In this document: in pieces, positions 1 to 12,794 of the stretch
Position numbering within the stretch: position 1 is the stretch's first letter
Layout: every line of letters starts with the position of its first letter
Source: Mobula hypostoma
Taxonomy: Eukaryota
DNA: 64,000 nt
Assembly: GCF_963921235.1 (NCBI RefSeq)
Contig: NC_086097.1
Coordinates: forward strand, 212,414,001-212,478,000
Direction: 5' to 3'
Translations under genes and position numbers: made by a program
Notes under the pieces: generated by a model
Databases searched by the model: none
The model's input: only the letters and a program-made list of their open reading frames with translations
Told to the model about the DNA's origin: nothing

Positions 1-432
1 ACTATCCCTTTCAACCCCATTCTTCTACCTTCTCCCCGTAATCATTGATGCTCTTCTTTAGGAAGAACGTATCAACCTCCATTTTAAATATACCCAATCA
101 TTAAATAAGAGAAAATCAGCAGATGCTGGAAATCCAACCAGCACACACAAGATGCTGGACGAACCCTGCAGGCCAGGCAGCATCTTTGGAAAAGGGTACA
201 GTCAACGTATTGTGCCAGGACCTTTTAGCAGGACTTCCAGCATTTTGATTGTGCTGCTTTTAAATATACCCAATGACTTGGCATCTGTGGCAATGAATTC
301 CACAGAATCAGCACCATCTGGCTAAAGAAATTCCTCCATATCTCTTTTCTAAAGGACATCCTTGTACACTGAGGCTATGCCCTCTGGAACCATACTGCAC
401 CCCCCCCACCCTGCCCCACTATAGGAAACATT
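1..432 (-). mobile_element. CR1 LINE 3' fragment (decayed), split by an insertion at 99-257
   Basis: Similar to other CR1 3' ends here (e.g. 8940-9180): ccttctcccc..., tacccaatgacttggc, gtggcaatgaattccacaga. Confidence 0.75.
99..257. mobile_element. Penelope-derived terminal repeat insertion flanked by a 17-bp direct repeat
   Basis: gcagatgctggaaatcc...acacacaagatgctgg...caggccaggcagcatct family sequence; ttttaaatatacccaat at both 82-98 and 258-274. Confidence 0.75.
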
Positions 433-433
433 C

Positions 434-628
434 TCTGGAAATACTCAGTAGGTCAGGCTACCTCTATGGGAAGAGAAACACAATGAATGTTTAAACACAA
501 TAAAGTACCTCTACAGAGAGGGTTTGACCTGAAATGTTAACTCTGTTTCTCTTGCCGAAGATACAGTCAGACTTGCTGAATATTTCCAATATATTTTGTT
601 TTTATTTCAGATTTATAGCAACTGCAGT
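434..628. mobile_element. Palindromic (inverted-pair) Penelope-terminal-repeat-derived element
   Basis: ctggaaatactcagtaggtcagg...gaagagaaaca mirrored by tgtttctctt...gacttgctgaatatttcc. Confidence 0.6.
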
Positions 629-2789
629 TCTTTTTCGATTCTCACTATTTCATAGAATAATTTGTTTTGTAACCATATTCAAGACCAAAATGATTATTTT
701 AAGTAACCAGCTGCTGCATGTTTTTTTTTATCTGCATGGTTCACATTTCTGCAAAATAATGTTTTTAAAGTATTGTGGTGAAACTGAAACTTCTACAACT
801 AACATTTAATGGGCTGTGGTGTTGTGTTTGACCTGGCCTTCACTTTGTGTTTATCCCCACATGATACCCATGGTCATATTAACCTTTATCAGTCCCTTGG
901 ACCTGGTAAGATTTGAGTCTTCATTGCTGTCGTCACTTAATTTATTAACTGCTACACCCTGTTATTTTGTGTGTAATGTACTCCGGTCAATCGCAACAAC
1001 CAACATAAACTTCTTCATGGTTATCTACAGCATAGAGACAAAAGCTAGGCAACGTTATATGTTAGTATGCTGTTGGGTTGTTAATCCCTTGCAATAAATC
1101 AAGCTTTTATACTTCTGGTTATTATTTCCAGATTTTAAAAAAGTTACTGGAGTTATTCCGATTGCTACTTTGTCACAGAAAAGGTTAAGAGTTGTAAGAG
1201 TAAAGAAAGGCTGAGAATAAAGCATGAAAATGAAAAACTTTACAATGATGGGTTCAGTAGAAAGTGACTGTGAAAACACTCATTTCCCTTGTCATTCACA
1301 CTGTCTTCAGAAATTGACAATATTTTCCATTCCCTGGGGTGAGAAGAAGAAACCACCTAAAAATGACATTTACTACCATTTATTATAGTTGTTTTACAAG
1401 ATGAATAGAGAACTAGAATTATTTCACAGGAATCATACATTAAGGATGTTTTAGTATCCTGGCTTTAATTTATTATTAATGATTGAATGATTCCACCACA
1501 ATCTAAAAAGATCTGAAAATGTTGAATCATCCTGAGGCTAAGCAAATTGTTAAATATGTAATTATGTTTGCAAGATCAATTATCATAGATTTTAGAAATA
1601 TATTTATTGAGAATTAATTATTTTCTTTAGCTCCCAAGAATCCAGTGTCATTTGTGTAATAGCTCGACTTACACTAAGGAGGGATTCGGTACTAGTCTGG
1701 AGCGACACTAGAGGAACTCAGTAGGTCAGGCAGCACCAATGGAGGGAAATGGAGAGTCAACACCTCAGGTCGATGAAGGGTCTCAAAGCAATTCAGGGAG
1801 ACTCTAGATTGTAAGAAATGATGGTTCTGGCTGTAGTGATTATGGTGGGGGGGGATGGATATTGGAAGAAGGGTTTTAAAGTTGCCAGCATGGGGTGGAA
1901 ATCAAAAATGTGAAGTTCAGTTGGTAAGTGGGTGGGTTCAGGGCATCAAGGGTTGGGGTATCAGGAGAGGAGTGGGTGGGTAGTCAGGGACATGGTCAGG
2001 TCAGAGCCTACTGGTGGGGCCCTTCAATATCTGCAGTGACGGGGAGTGATAGCAAGTGGCAAGTACAAATTTTCAAAGAGACCTATATATAAGAAGATCT
2101 ATTCACTGTACTCAACGAACAGAGAACAGGTCAACCTAGCATAATTTTTATTAAGAAGTATTCCTCTGTATCACAGTCCTGCACCATGTTCAAGTGAACA
2201 ACATATCATGCAGGTAACATCAAAATGTAGGCTGCATCCTATCTGATATCAATGTCCATGTTTGGTTAACCCTGTGCACAGTCATATCAAATATGTAGAA
2301 CCTGGAACAAACCTAATATTCTGAGAACATTATAATCAGTAAATGTAATTGCCATTTAAGTAACTCTTGAGCAGTGCAGAAAAAAATTGTGAAAGAAAGT
2401 CTAGTTGCTTATGTTTTGTGGATTTTCTACTGCAGTCCACCCTCTCTATGACCACAAACTATAGTCATACATACACTTTCATTCTCATTAAACCATTGTA
2501 CTAAACAATTTTTCTGACCAGCAGCTAGTGTCATTGGTTTCAGATTAAAAGTATTAAGTAGTTCAGAATGGCAAGGCCACTCCAAAGAAATGACAGAAAG
2601 AAAAAATCATATTTAATTAAAATACAAACAAAATAATTTATAAAACAAAATTAGAGACAATTTGGGAAGCACTGGAAGATGGGTGAAAATTAGCAATGTA
2701 GGATTATGCTAGACCGTTCAAGCCAGTGTGCTGTCGGCTCATTAAAATGATTGTAGTATTCAGGCAGAACTAACTGCACTGTTAATTTG

Positions 2790-3205
2790 ATTGTTGCCTC
2801 AACACCCCACCAGCAAAGACATCTTCAAAAGTAATGTCTCAAAAAGGCAGCATCCATCATTAAAGATCCATACCAACCAGGACATGCCCTCTTCTCATTA
2901 CTAACTTCAGAGAGGAAGTGCAGAAGCCTGAAGGCACACACTCAATGTAATAGGAACAGCTTCTTCCCCAACACCATCAGATTTATGAATGGGCAAAGAA
3001 CACATGAACACTATATTTTTGCAACACACACAAAATGCTGCAGGAACTCAACAGGTCAAGCAGCATCCCATGGAATTGTATAAACAGTTAACACTTCGGG
3101 CCAGGACCCTTCATCAAGAAAAATCTCGATATTTTTGCTCTTATTTTGCATTGCATAGCTGCTGTAAAACAACATACGTCAGTGATGATAAACCTGAATC
3201 TGACT
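2790..3205 (+). mobile_element. Rex1/Babar LINE 3' fragment with a Penelope-derived insert (about 3023-3118)
   Basis: aaggcagcatccatcattaaagatcc...ggacatgccctcttctca...agcctgaaggcacacact; tail gataataaacctgaatctga as in the copy at 45451-46487. Confidence 0.75.
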
Positions 3206-4287
3206 CAATATTGCGAATGACTATCTCTGATCTAGCCTGCATTTTTTGAAGGTATTGCACTGTATATTATGGCTTGTGAAGTGGTGGGAGTAAGTTAAGT
3301 GGTGGAAGCAATTTCTTTAACCAGTCATGGTACAAGATAAGATCATTGGGATCCACTCTGTTCTGATAATATTCTGGAGACAAGTTAAGGACATGGAAAG
3401 AGGAGGCAACCTTTTCTACTGTGGGGCAAACTGGTCTCCATGCACACGTTGCTTTGGAAGAGACAGCTGAATGAATGAATACACGTGTCCATTCACCAAA
3501 GAGCTGGATGCAGTTTCCTAAAGAAGTTCAGAGGTTCCACTTGTATGATTAAGGTTGGTGAATGCATCGTCAAAGGTAACATTTAATACCATCAGTACTA
3601 TATCACCATACTGACTTGCCTATGCCCTACTCTCCATGTTTCTGCTGGTAAACACTAATCATATATCGAAGAGCTCAACTCCTGTTACAAATGTATGTAC
3701 ATGTACTGCACAGTGTGGTGGAATCAGTTTGGCATCCTAGTGTTTTAATGCACACTGAAGACTGCTAATTTTGCTGCCAATATATGTAAACTAGTTCCAC
3801 GAGAAAACACAACCAAACTGTTAGGTTTCATGGCTAATTAAGAGGATATAGAGATGTTTCTTGTAAGTATTTTTACTTGTAAGCATCCTTAACAAAGAAT
3901 ATCCCATGTCATTTCACAGAAGCACAATGTAGCACCACTTCTTGCAGAAAAGAGTTGACTTTAACTTTGGTTGGGTGATGATGTTTTGGGAGCAGTGAAC
4001 TACTCAGACACTTTGCCCTCGGTATGGCTTGCAGAAAATGCACATTCTGATCACGTGACTGGACGTTCCATTCCCTCAGTTCTTCCTCGGTTTTGCTGTA
4101 CTTGATGTCAGTCAGATGGAAATAGTGGGATGCAAGAGCTGAAAGATGTCAGGGCATACATCGTCATGGTACTTTTCAAGCCACTTTCGCTAAGGATGGT
4201 GGAGGGAGAAGGAGAGCATGGGAGCAGTTAGAAGTGGGTATAAAAGTCAAAAGTAGAAAATCCAATTCTTTAGTGAAAAGGAACAGT

Positions 4288-4480
4288 GGAAATCTGGAAT
4301 AAAAAAATGCAAAGTGCTAGAGATATTTAGCAGGTCAGGTGCCATCTATGGTAAGAAGATAAGTTTAATGTTTCGGGTCAATGACTAGATTAGTGCTATT
4401 GATCTGAAAGGTTAAGCCTGTTTCTCCACATATTCTGCCTGGCCTGCTGAATATTTCTGATGCCTTCAGTTCTTTATTGA
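4288..4480. mobile_element. Palindromic Penelope-terminal-repeat-derived element
   Basis: gatatttagcaggtcagg...atgtttcgggtcaat mirrored by attgatctgaaagg...cctggcctgctgaatattt. Confidence 0.6.
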
Positions 4481-4743
4481 GTTCATTAGCACTTACATTT
4501 TAATTAGTATGTTCTTAAAGTGTACTTTGTGATTTGGCTGATCAAAACAGCCCATATAATGACAGGCAGAAAAACCAGAATATGAATACAAACCATAACA
4601 CATAAATTCCAGATTCCTTTAGAACACACATAAAATATAGAACATTTATTCAAATAAAATGCTTGTCCTTTCAAATTCAGATTAACTTATTACATGTACA
4701 GTACATGTTACCATACAGTTCAACTACTGTCTCTTGATGTCAT

Positions 4744-4918
4744 CAGAATCAGAATCAGGTTTATTATCACCAGCATGTGACGTGAAATTTGTTAACTTAG
4801 CAGCAGCAGTTCAATGCAATACACAATATAGAAGAGAAAAAAAAATAATAAATAAGTAAATCAATTACAGTATACGTATACTGAATAGATTAAAAACGTG
4901 CAAAAAGCAGAAATACTG
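4744..4918 (-). mobile_element. Rex1/Babar LINE 3' tail
   Basis: Reverse complement of the 46300-46487 tail (cagaatcagaatcaggtttattatcac...gacgtgaaatttgttaa). Confidence 0.8.
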
Positions 4919-6124
4919 TCCATATCATGGCATTATCGTTTTTTGTGATCAGAACTGTCCACTGACAAAAAAATACAACTGGTTCCTTTCTGAAGAAAAT
5001 TCTGATAATTTAGCCTCTAATATTGATAATTTATCAATAATTTATAATTTAGTTTCTGAAAAGTTCTTTCAAAATATTGGCATGTTTGATTCACTGAGCA
5101 ATCACTTGTCATGCTGATTAGAAAGGAGAAGCTGAACTGAACGTTTACATTTAATAGACTCTTGTCGTCATTTTTAATGAGGACACTCAAACAAGTTGTC
5201 CTCTTTTGGACTGAATGAGCTTATTATGCCATTTTTACCAAATATTAAAATCTGTCACAGTGAGGCTGCAGTAAAAGGTTTTCTATGAGACGATATTGGG
5301 AAGCACAAATTAATTAGTGAGATGACAGAAAAATTAGGCAATCACACATTGCTATAATAAAGCTTCTTTCAACGGTCTCAAGGAACTGAGTTGTTACTTA
5401 TCTGGTATAACCGCCAAAAAATTGATAACATAGCCACTGAGTTTGCAATGCTTTGAAGTTAGAGAAAATCTTAAAGATTTGCCTCACTAACACAGTAGCA
5501 AAACTGCTTGGTTGCAGGCATCATGGATGAGTTGGTATATGTATTACAAAATTATTTCACTAACTTATTGATTTTATTATTTTATTAACTTTATTTTGCT
5601 TTGCTATTACTTTATTGTTACTTTTTATTACTTTTTTCAAGTAGGAAGATAGTAAAAATTTGGGAAATTCCCCTTTATACCTTTTATATTCTAGAATAAC
5701 ACACACAATCTAGTTTTCACTTAACCTACCAATGTGCATATGATTGGTTAGAGTGATTGAAATGATTATTAAAACAGTTTGAATATTTTGTTTTTTGGCC
5801 ATGGTATTTCAATGATGTGGTTTGTGGTGGCAAATACACTTTATTGATATAAGATTTTACAAAAGCTTATGAGATAGAAAAAAGCAGAAGATAAAGGTTT
5901 GATCACAATAAGCTTAATTTAACTTTAAAGTAGGTATGAAATAATAATAATAGAGGTGCATGTGATGAATTAGGTTGCTAATACATTTACATCAAGCCCT
6001 CATTTCTTCTCGAAATATTATGCAGAAAGAAAATTAATTGTAACTTTTTAAAAATGAACCTCATATCTTCTATAATCATTTGATGTTATACCCCCTTTCA
6101 TTACTGTTGTGTTGAAGATCTACC

Positions 6125-6453
6125 ACCACACAGGAGACTCCAATGCATAAAAACAAGAATGTCCTGGTTGGGAAATAGTTTCTTCCCTCAGGCCATTAGG
6201 CCTCTGAGCTTCCTGCCGCATCACATTCAAAGTGTCACTGGTTAATCTGTTCTGTAGTTTACAATATTTAATTTATATACTTTAGTTTATTTCTGTATAA
6301 TTCATTTGTAGATTTTATCTTTACTTTCATAAGTTATTGTGTGTAATGTTTGTTATGTGCACTACTGCGCTTTACACCCTGGTTCGGAGAAATGTTGTCT
6401 CGTTTGACTGTATACATGTACCGTATATAGTTAAATGACAACAAACTTGACTT
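6125..6453 (+). mobile_element. Rex1/Babar-type LINE 3' fragment
   Basis: aatagtttcttccctcaggccattagg (NSFFPQAIR, ORF C-terminus) followed by a 3' UTR ending aaatgacaacaaacttgactt. Confidence 0.65.
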
Positions 6454-7521
6454 ATTACAGATATTTTAGATTTGTCATATGTAGTATGTTCAAACAAGAA
6501 GGGATTAAAGACAAGTCATCTCCTGTTACAAAATATAAGCAAAAAGTGCTGGAAATACCCAGCAAGTAGCATCTGCGAAGAGAAAATATATTTTGGGACT
6601 TATTTTCATATACTGATATGAATCAGTGAAAAATAGTTGGGACTGGTGGAAATTCATCAGATCTGTAATATGCAAGTTAGTGCTTATTGTCAAGAGCTGG
6701 TCTATTTGCTTAATTTTTCATTTCTGCAGCTGAAAATAAGGACGTGTAAAGGGAGAAGTGCTGTGTGCAGAAAACAAACTGCAGGTAAAATTTTACAGAA
6801 CAGTTAATTAAAAGGAAATGGCTAAATAAGAGGACATATATTCCTACAGCCTTCAACTGCGTCTCAACAGATGAATGGCAAAAATGTTTGGGAACGAAGA
6901 GAGAAGGAGAGGAAGAAAACACAAAATAATTTTTATAACATCACTGCAAGCTGCTTTTATGGATGAACACTTGATTTATTCTTTAGTCTTCCATTTAAGA
7001 TATATAAACATATAACTAGATCCAATACATATTTCAGTTATTTATGTACTGACATGTAACATAACACAACATTTCTGATAATTGGATTTCTGACACTGAA
7101 ATTCAACTGTTTTTTTTAACCCTAAATCCTAAAATCGTATGCACAAAAAATCTTTGAAATATAATAGCTTTATGTAAGTAAATCCCATTAGGTTAATAAG
7201 TAATACCATTAAATTAGTATGTGAATATTACACAATTCTTACAAGGTAGATGAATTAAAGGTCTTATGTGTGATGTCTTAATTGGTATACAAAACTTTCA
7301 AAGAATACGCTCTGGCAGTTTTAACATTTTGAAATGTTTTACTTCTTTCACTTTCCTAAGCCAAGCTTGTTGACCACATTCATAACCACTCAATGTTACA
7401 AATAATCATCTTTTTAAATCCCTCCCTCATTGGTCTTTTACCTCAATAGCCAACAGGTGTGAAGATATCATATAACCACCTAATACATGGTTTTATTTTT
7501 GTTCCCAAGACTGATTTCCTA

Positions 7522-7890
7522 ATCAACACACACTAAATGCTGGAAGAACTGAGCAGGTCAGGCAGCATCTATGGAAATGAATAAATACTGACCGAAAAGG
7601 AAGGGGGAAGATGTCAGAATAAGGTGGTGGAGGGGGTATGGCAGATATTAGAAGACAAGTAGATGGAGGAGGGGGGATGAAGTAAGAAGCTGGGAAGCGA
7701 TAGGTGGAAAAGGCAAAGAGCTAGAGAAAAAGGAATCTGATAGGAGGGGAAAGCGGACCATGGGAGAAAGGGAAGGAGGAGGGGTACCAGGGGGAGGTTA
7801 TAGACAAGTAAGGAGAAGAGGTTAGGGGCTAGAGTGGAGAACAGAAGAAGAGGGAAGGGGGAGGGAAAAATTATATTACCAGAATTTGAG
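7522..7890 (-). mobile_element. Penelope-like element 3' region / pseudo-LTR
   Basis: Terminal repeat followed by a long purine-rich tract and the ORF end (minus strand tcaaattctggtaa, SNFW*); mirror image of 26050-26530. Confidence 0.7.
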
Positions 7891-8161
7891 ATCCCAATAT
7901 GGTTGGGTTTTAGAAAAGAAAGAATGGAGGTTGTTCTTTGAGGTATGACTCATATTAGCTCAACGTTGGAGGATACAGATGTGGACTTCCATGGTTCCAT
8001 ACTTCCATTCTTCCAAATTGGGTATGACCATTTTGAACATAAGTGGTTTAGACAAAAATATTAATTATTTTTAACTCTTCAACCTTTTCATCCTCAGGGA
8101 AAGATTATAAACTCTGAATTCAAATGTTCAAGGGATAGTCAATTTGTCAAATTAAGTGGTA

Positions 8162-10000
8162 CTTAGACCATAAAACATAGGTGCAGAATTATGGCTGAGT
8201 TATTTTCTCACTCAACCTCATTCTCCTGCCTTCTCCCCATAACCTTGGGTGCCTTTATAATCAAGAACCCATCACCCTCCACTTTAAATATACCCAATAA
8301 CTCATCTTTGGTAATTCATGCCATAGATTCACCACTCCCTGGCTAAAGAAATTCTTTCTCATCTCGGTTCTGAGGTTGTGCCCTCTGGTCCTAGACTCTC
8401 TTACTATTTAAAACGTCCTCTGCATGTCCACTCTGTTTTAGCCTTTCAATACTTAGTAGGTTTCAATGAGATCAACCACCACCCCCCCAACTCCCATTCT
8501 TCTAAACTCACTGCTTAGAAAATAGACTACTCCTTTATTCCTATTACCAAAATGCATGACCATACAATTCCCTACAGTGTACTCCATCTTCCACTTCTCG
8601 GCCCATTTCCCTAATCTGTTGAAGTCCTTCTGTGGACTACCTGCTTCTTCAAGAGTGCCTGCCACTCCATCTACATTTGTATCATCCAAAAGCTTGGCAC
8701 AAAACCACCAATTCCATCAACCAGATCATTGACACATGACAGGGTCATCGATAATTAACATTAACAGCTTTGGAATACCACTAATCACTGCCCTTTATTC
8801 CTATCCTTTGCCTTCTGTCAGTCAGCTAATCTTAGACCATAAGACCATAAGACAAAGGAGCAGAAGTAGGCCATTCAGCCCATCGAGTCTGCTCCGCCAT
8901 TTTATCATGAGCTGATCCATTTTATCCTATTTAGTCCCACTGCCCTGCCTTCTCACCATAACCTTTGATGCCCTGGCTACTCAGATACCTATCAATCTCT
9001 GCCTTAAAGACACCCAATGACTTGGCCTCCACTGCTGCCCGTGGCAACAAATTCCATAGATTCACCACCCTCTGACTAAAAAAATTTTTTCGCATTTCTG
9101 TTCTGAAAGGGCGCCCTTCAATCCTGAAGTCATGCCCTCTCGTACTAGACTCCCCCATCATGGGAAACAACTTTGCCACATCCACTCTGTCCATGCCTTT
9201 TAACATTCGAAATGTTTCTATGAGGTCTCCCCTCATTCTTCTAAACTCCAAGGAATACAGTCCAAGAGCGGACAAACGTTCCTCATATGTTAACCCTCTC
9301 ATTCCCGGAATCATTCTAGTGAATCTTCTCTGTACCCTCTCCAACGTCAGCACATCCTTTCTTAAATAAGGAGACCAAAACTACCCACAGTACTCCAAGT
9401 GAGGTCTCACCAGCACCTTATAGAGCCTCAACATCACATCCCTGCTCCTATACTCTATTCCTCTAGAAATGAATGCCAACATTGCATTCGCCTTCTTCAC
9501 TACCGACTCAACCTGGAGGTTAACTTTAAGGGAATCCTGTACGAGGACTCCCAAGTCCCGTTGCATCTCAGAACTTTGAATTCTTTCCCCATTTAAATAA
9601 TAGTCTGCCCGTTTATTTTTTCTGCCAAAGTGCATAACCATACACTTTCCAACATTGTACTTCATTTGCCACTTCTCTGCCCATTCTTCCAATCTATCCA
9701 AGTCTCTCTGCAGACTCTCCGTTTCCTCAGCACTACCGGCCCCTCCACCTAATCTTCCATCCGTGATAGAGAATTTGATGTAAATCCATGGGCTCTTATC
9801 TTGTTTAGCAGCCTTATGTGTGGCATGTTGTCAAAGACTTTCTGAAAATCCAAGTAAACAACATCCAATAACTCTCCTTTGCTATCCTACCTGTAAGTTC
9901 CTCAAAGAATTCCAACAGATTTGTCAGGCAAGGTTTCCCCTGAAGGAAACATGCTGACTTTGAGCTATTTTAAAGTGTACCTCCAAGTACCCAAAGAAGT
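8162..10000 (-). mobile_element. Older CR1 LINE ORF2 (RT) fragment, interrupted by a younger CR1 at 8834-9750
   Basis: ORF 8453-8689 DDTNVDG...QKDFNRLGKWAEKWKMEY...MHFG; RT sequence resumes after 9750 (YLDFQK region). Confidence 0.85.
8834..9750 (-). mobile_element. Younger 5'-truncated CR1 LINE (RT C-terminus and 3' tail)
   Basis: ORFs 9381-9701 and 8931-9353 (LVRPHLEYC, LERVQRRFTRMIPG, RMRGDLIE); tail agaccataagaccataag; direct repeat ctaatctt at 8826-8833 and 9749-9756. Confidence 0.93.
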
Positions 10001-12794
10001 CATCTTTGTGTGCATCCATGAACATAATAATTCATGCAGTGTCTTATTAACTCTCTTGCCTGAATAAATCACAGTATGTTACATGACATTCTTTTTAAAA
10101 ACAAATCTCCAATATGTTTATTGGAGAGGTTGTGCAAAGAATTCATTTAGTTGGGAAATCACAAATTAAATGTAATTTTGCATTTATTAACACAGAAATT
10201 TGTTAAATTTCTTAATGAAGTTAATTAAAGCTTAATTATTTAGTTTCTACATGAAAAGCAATCAATGAAACCCAGTTTTTCACAAAATTATATTTCTGAA
10301 TTAAAAACGTGTTGAATTCCTCAATTGTGACATCTATTAGTAATTTCTTAATTAAAATAAAATGTAAATATCAGAACCTACAAACAATATGTACATGTGT
10401 GAATTGTTTCAATTCTCTCATTCAGAAAGTAAGGAAACCTGAAATATATCATTTATGTTTTTCATTTCTTGTTGAAAAAAAATACAGAAGATGGTTCAAC
10501 GCTTTCAGTTTTTCCATTACTTTCAACCAAACCCTTTTTATTACTCGTTTTAGTAAAACACATTAAAATCAAATATCTCTTGTAGCAAAACGATTCAAGC
10601 CCCTGGAACTCAAATAATTTTCTAATAAAAAATGCATGAGACAAATAAATGCACTTTATGTTCCACAAGAAAAGACAGTTTCAACAGCCTAATGCACAGA
10701 GAAAATTCATTTTATCAGTCATCCATTTCATTCTTGGCTGCTGCTACAAGCTCTCTACTGTTGCTAGGTAACCATAATTCATAGTAGCTCTTAATGGATA
10801 CTCTGCTACCACTGAGAACATTTAGGTGAAGAGAATAAATGCCTTGGGTGAATCTTGGAATCTTTCATTATGCATGTCATTCTATTTTTGTAATGCTATA
10901 ATGCTGCAATGTTTCTGCGGCAGAAAACTGAGTTGTAGTAATTGCATATTTCACTGTAATATGTTTTGTAAGCAGAGCAGCACGCAGTTGTCTAAAATGA
11001 GCTATTACAAACATGATTGAAATTGACCTTTTCTGCTCTTGAAGCCAGCAAATAAACCCTCAGCTGTCTTGCCATAAGCAACACAAAGAAATAGACTAGC
11101 TTGTTTTTATAGGTATATTCAAATTTAAAACTAAATAAAACAAAGACAAAGATTCATTGTTTCTACTGAGATTGTTTAAAATATACAGTATTTGCTCAGC
11201 TGAAAACAAACTAAAATATTGAAAACTGCAGTAAGAATTGTTGGAAGAAGGTTTACTGTATAATTAATGATAATGGTTGTATTAGGCAATGCAAAGACTT
11301 CAGTTTAAAAGATTTGATCTTCATTAATAGTTACAACTGAACAAATTTATTTTATTTTAAAGCTAGTATCCAGGACATAATGTTCATTTGACACATAAGG
11401 ATTTTTTTCTGCTTTGCATGGAACACTATTCAGAAAGAAGATACAGATGTCCTAATGAGAATTTTAGCCATGTTTAAACATCACTGCATGTTTTCTATCT
11501 ATTGTTGCACTAATTGTATGTCATGAGACAGTTTACACATTTTAATTACACAATGTTTATCTTTAGTCAAAAGAGACAACACTGTGAATGCTTTCCAAAT
11601 CTCTTTTGTTGAGTGCCAGTGGGTTGTAACACGACCAGAAATGGAAGCAGTTCTCACCAGACATTCTAGTGGGGGTTCACTTGATAATTAGAACAAGCCA
11701 GAGGCCTAACTTTCTTTCCCATTCCTGATCTGGGGCTGAAGTGGATTGTGGGTCTCCAGAAATTGCCTGGGGCTCAGACCAGCTTAGTGGATACAGAATA
11801 GAAACCAAACTGTGACCTTAATTTTAAGTATTTAAATACATCAAGGTATATATATTACATATATGTAATGTTTTGTTGCACTTATCATTCTTAGTAGAAA
11901 GAAATACTTTATATTATTTATAAAATATATTATTCTCTGTTAAAGAGCATAGTTTTGTAAGAAGGTATAATGTTAGATCAACTGAATTATTGTTTATCAG
12001 AATGCAGAATATTGTAATCTGAATAACTACAGTCTTTCATTTCAAATATAATAAGCTTATTGAATCTCAAGATAGTAAATGGTAACATGTAAGTACTTTG
12101 ATAATATATTTACTTTGACTTCTTGACTTTGACTTTGCTTATTAAAGTGTCTGAATTTTTTTAAATGTTTGAGCTGACAGACTGCTGTCTCAATGAGAAA
12201 TATCTAGAAATAAAGGTGATCTTCAAAAGGGCATGATAGCCTAGATACTTAGGTATTTATATTCAATATTGCCATGCACCCATGGAAACCTTGTTTTCAG
12301 TCCAGTAACATATAACAGCAGGTACTTGTAAATTCTGACTTGGTTTGTAAGCTTTTATGAGTCCATGTTATAAATCTATTCCTTGATTACCCAACCTTCC
12401 TTACATTATGACAACTCTGGAGCTCAAGTTGGGTTTAGATTTGGATAAAATGATCATCATTTGTGATCACCATTTTGCATTGTGCCACATCTTGATGCAG
12501 TCAATAATGTTATCATAAAATCCATGCTGAAAAAGTCATATTACAGCATGGTGTGTTTAATTGAGTTGTACATGTAGTTACCCAATATAACTACTTATTT
12601 TCTACATTCGGGTTGTCCCAACATGTTACATTCTTAGAGAAAGTTTCCTTCAATTATGAAGTTTCCTGCTATTTTCCTTCAATATCTATCATGAAAAAGT
12701 GTACAAAAGTCTTAACCAAACATAATTCTCTTAATTAAATGGATATGCTAATAAAAGCTGCAACTATATTGGTACGATGAGAGGAACTCAATAT

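Noticed and set aside
534..1279. Short hydrophobic ORFs here and in other AT-rich stretches
   Set aside because: No recognisable homology; composition is what AT-rich non-coding DNA produces by chance.
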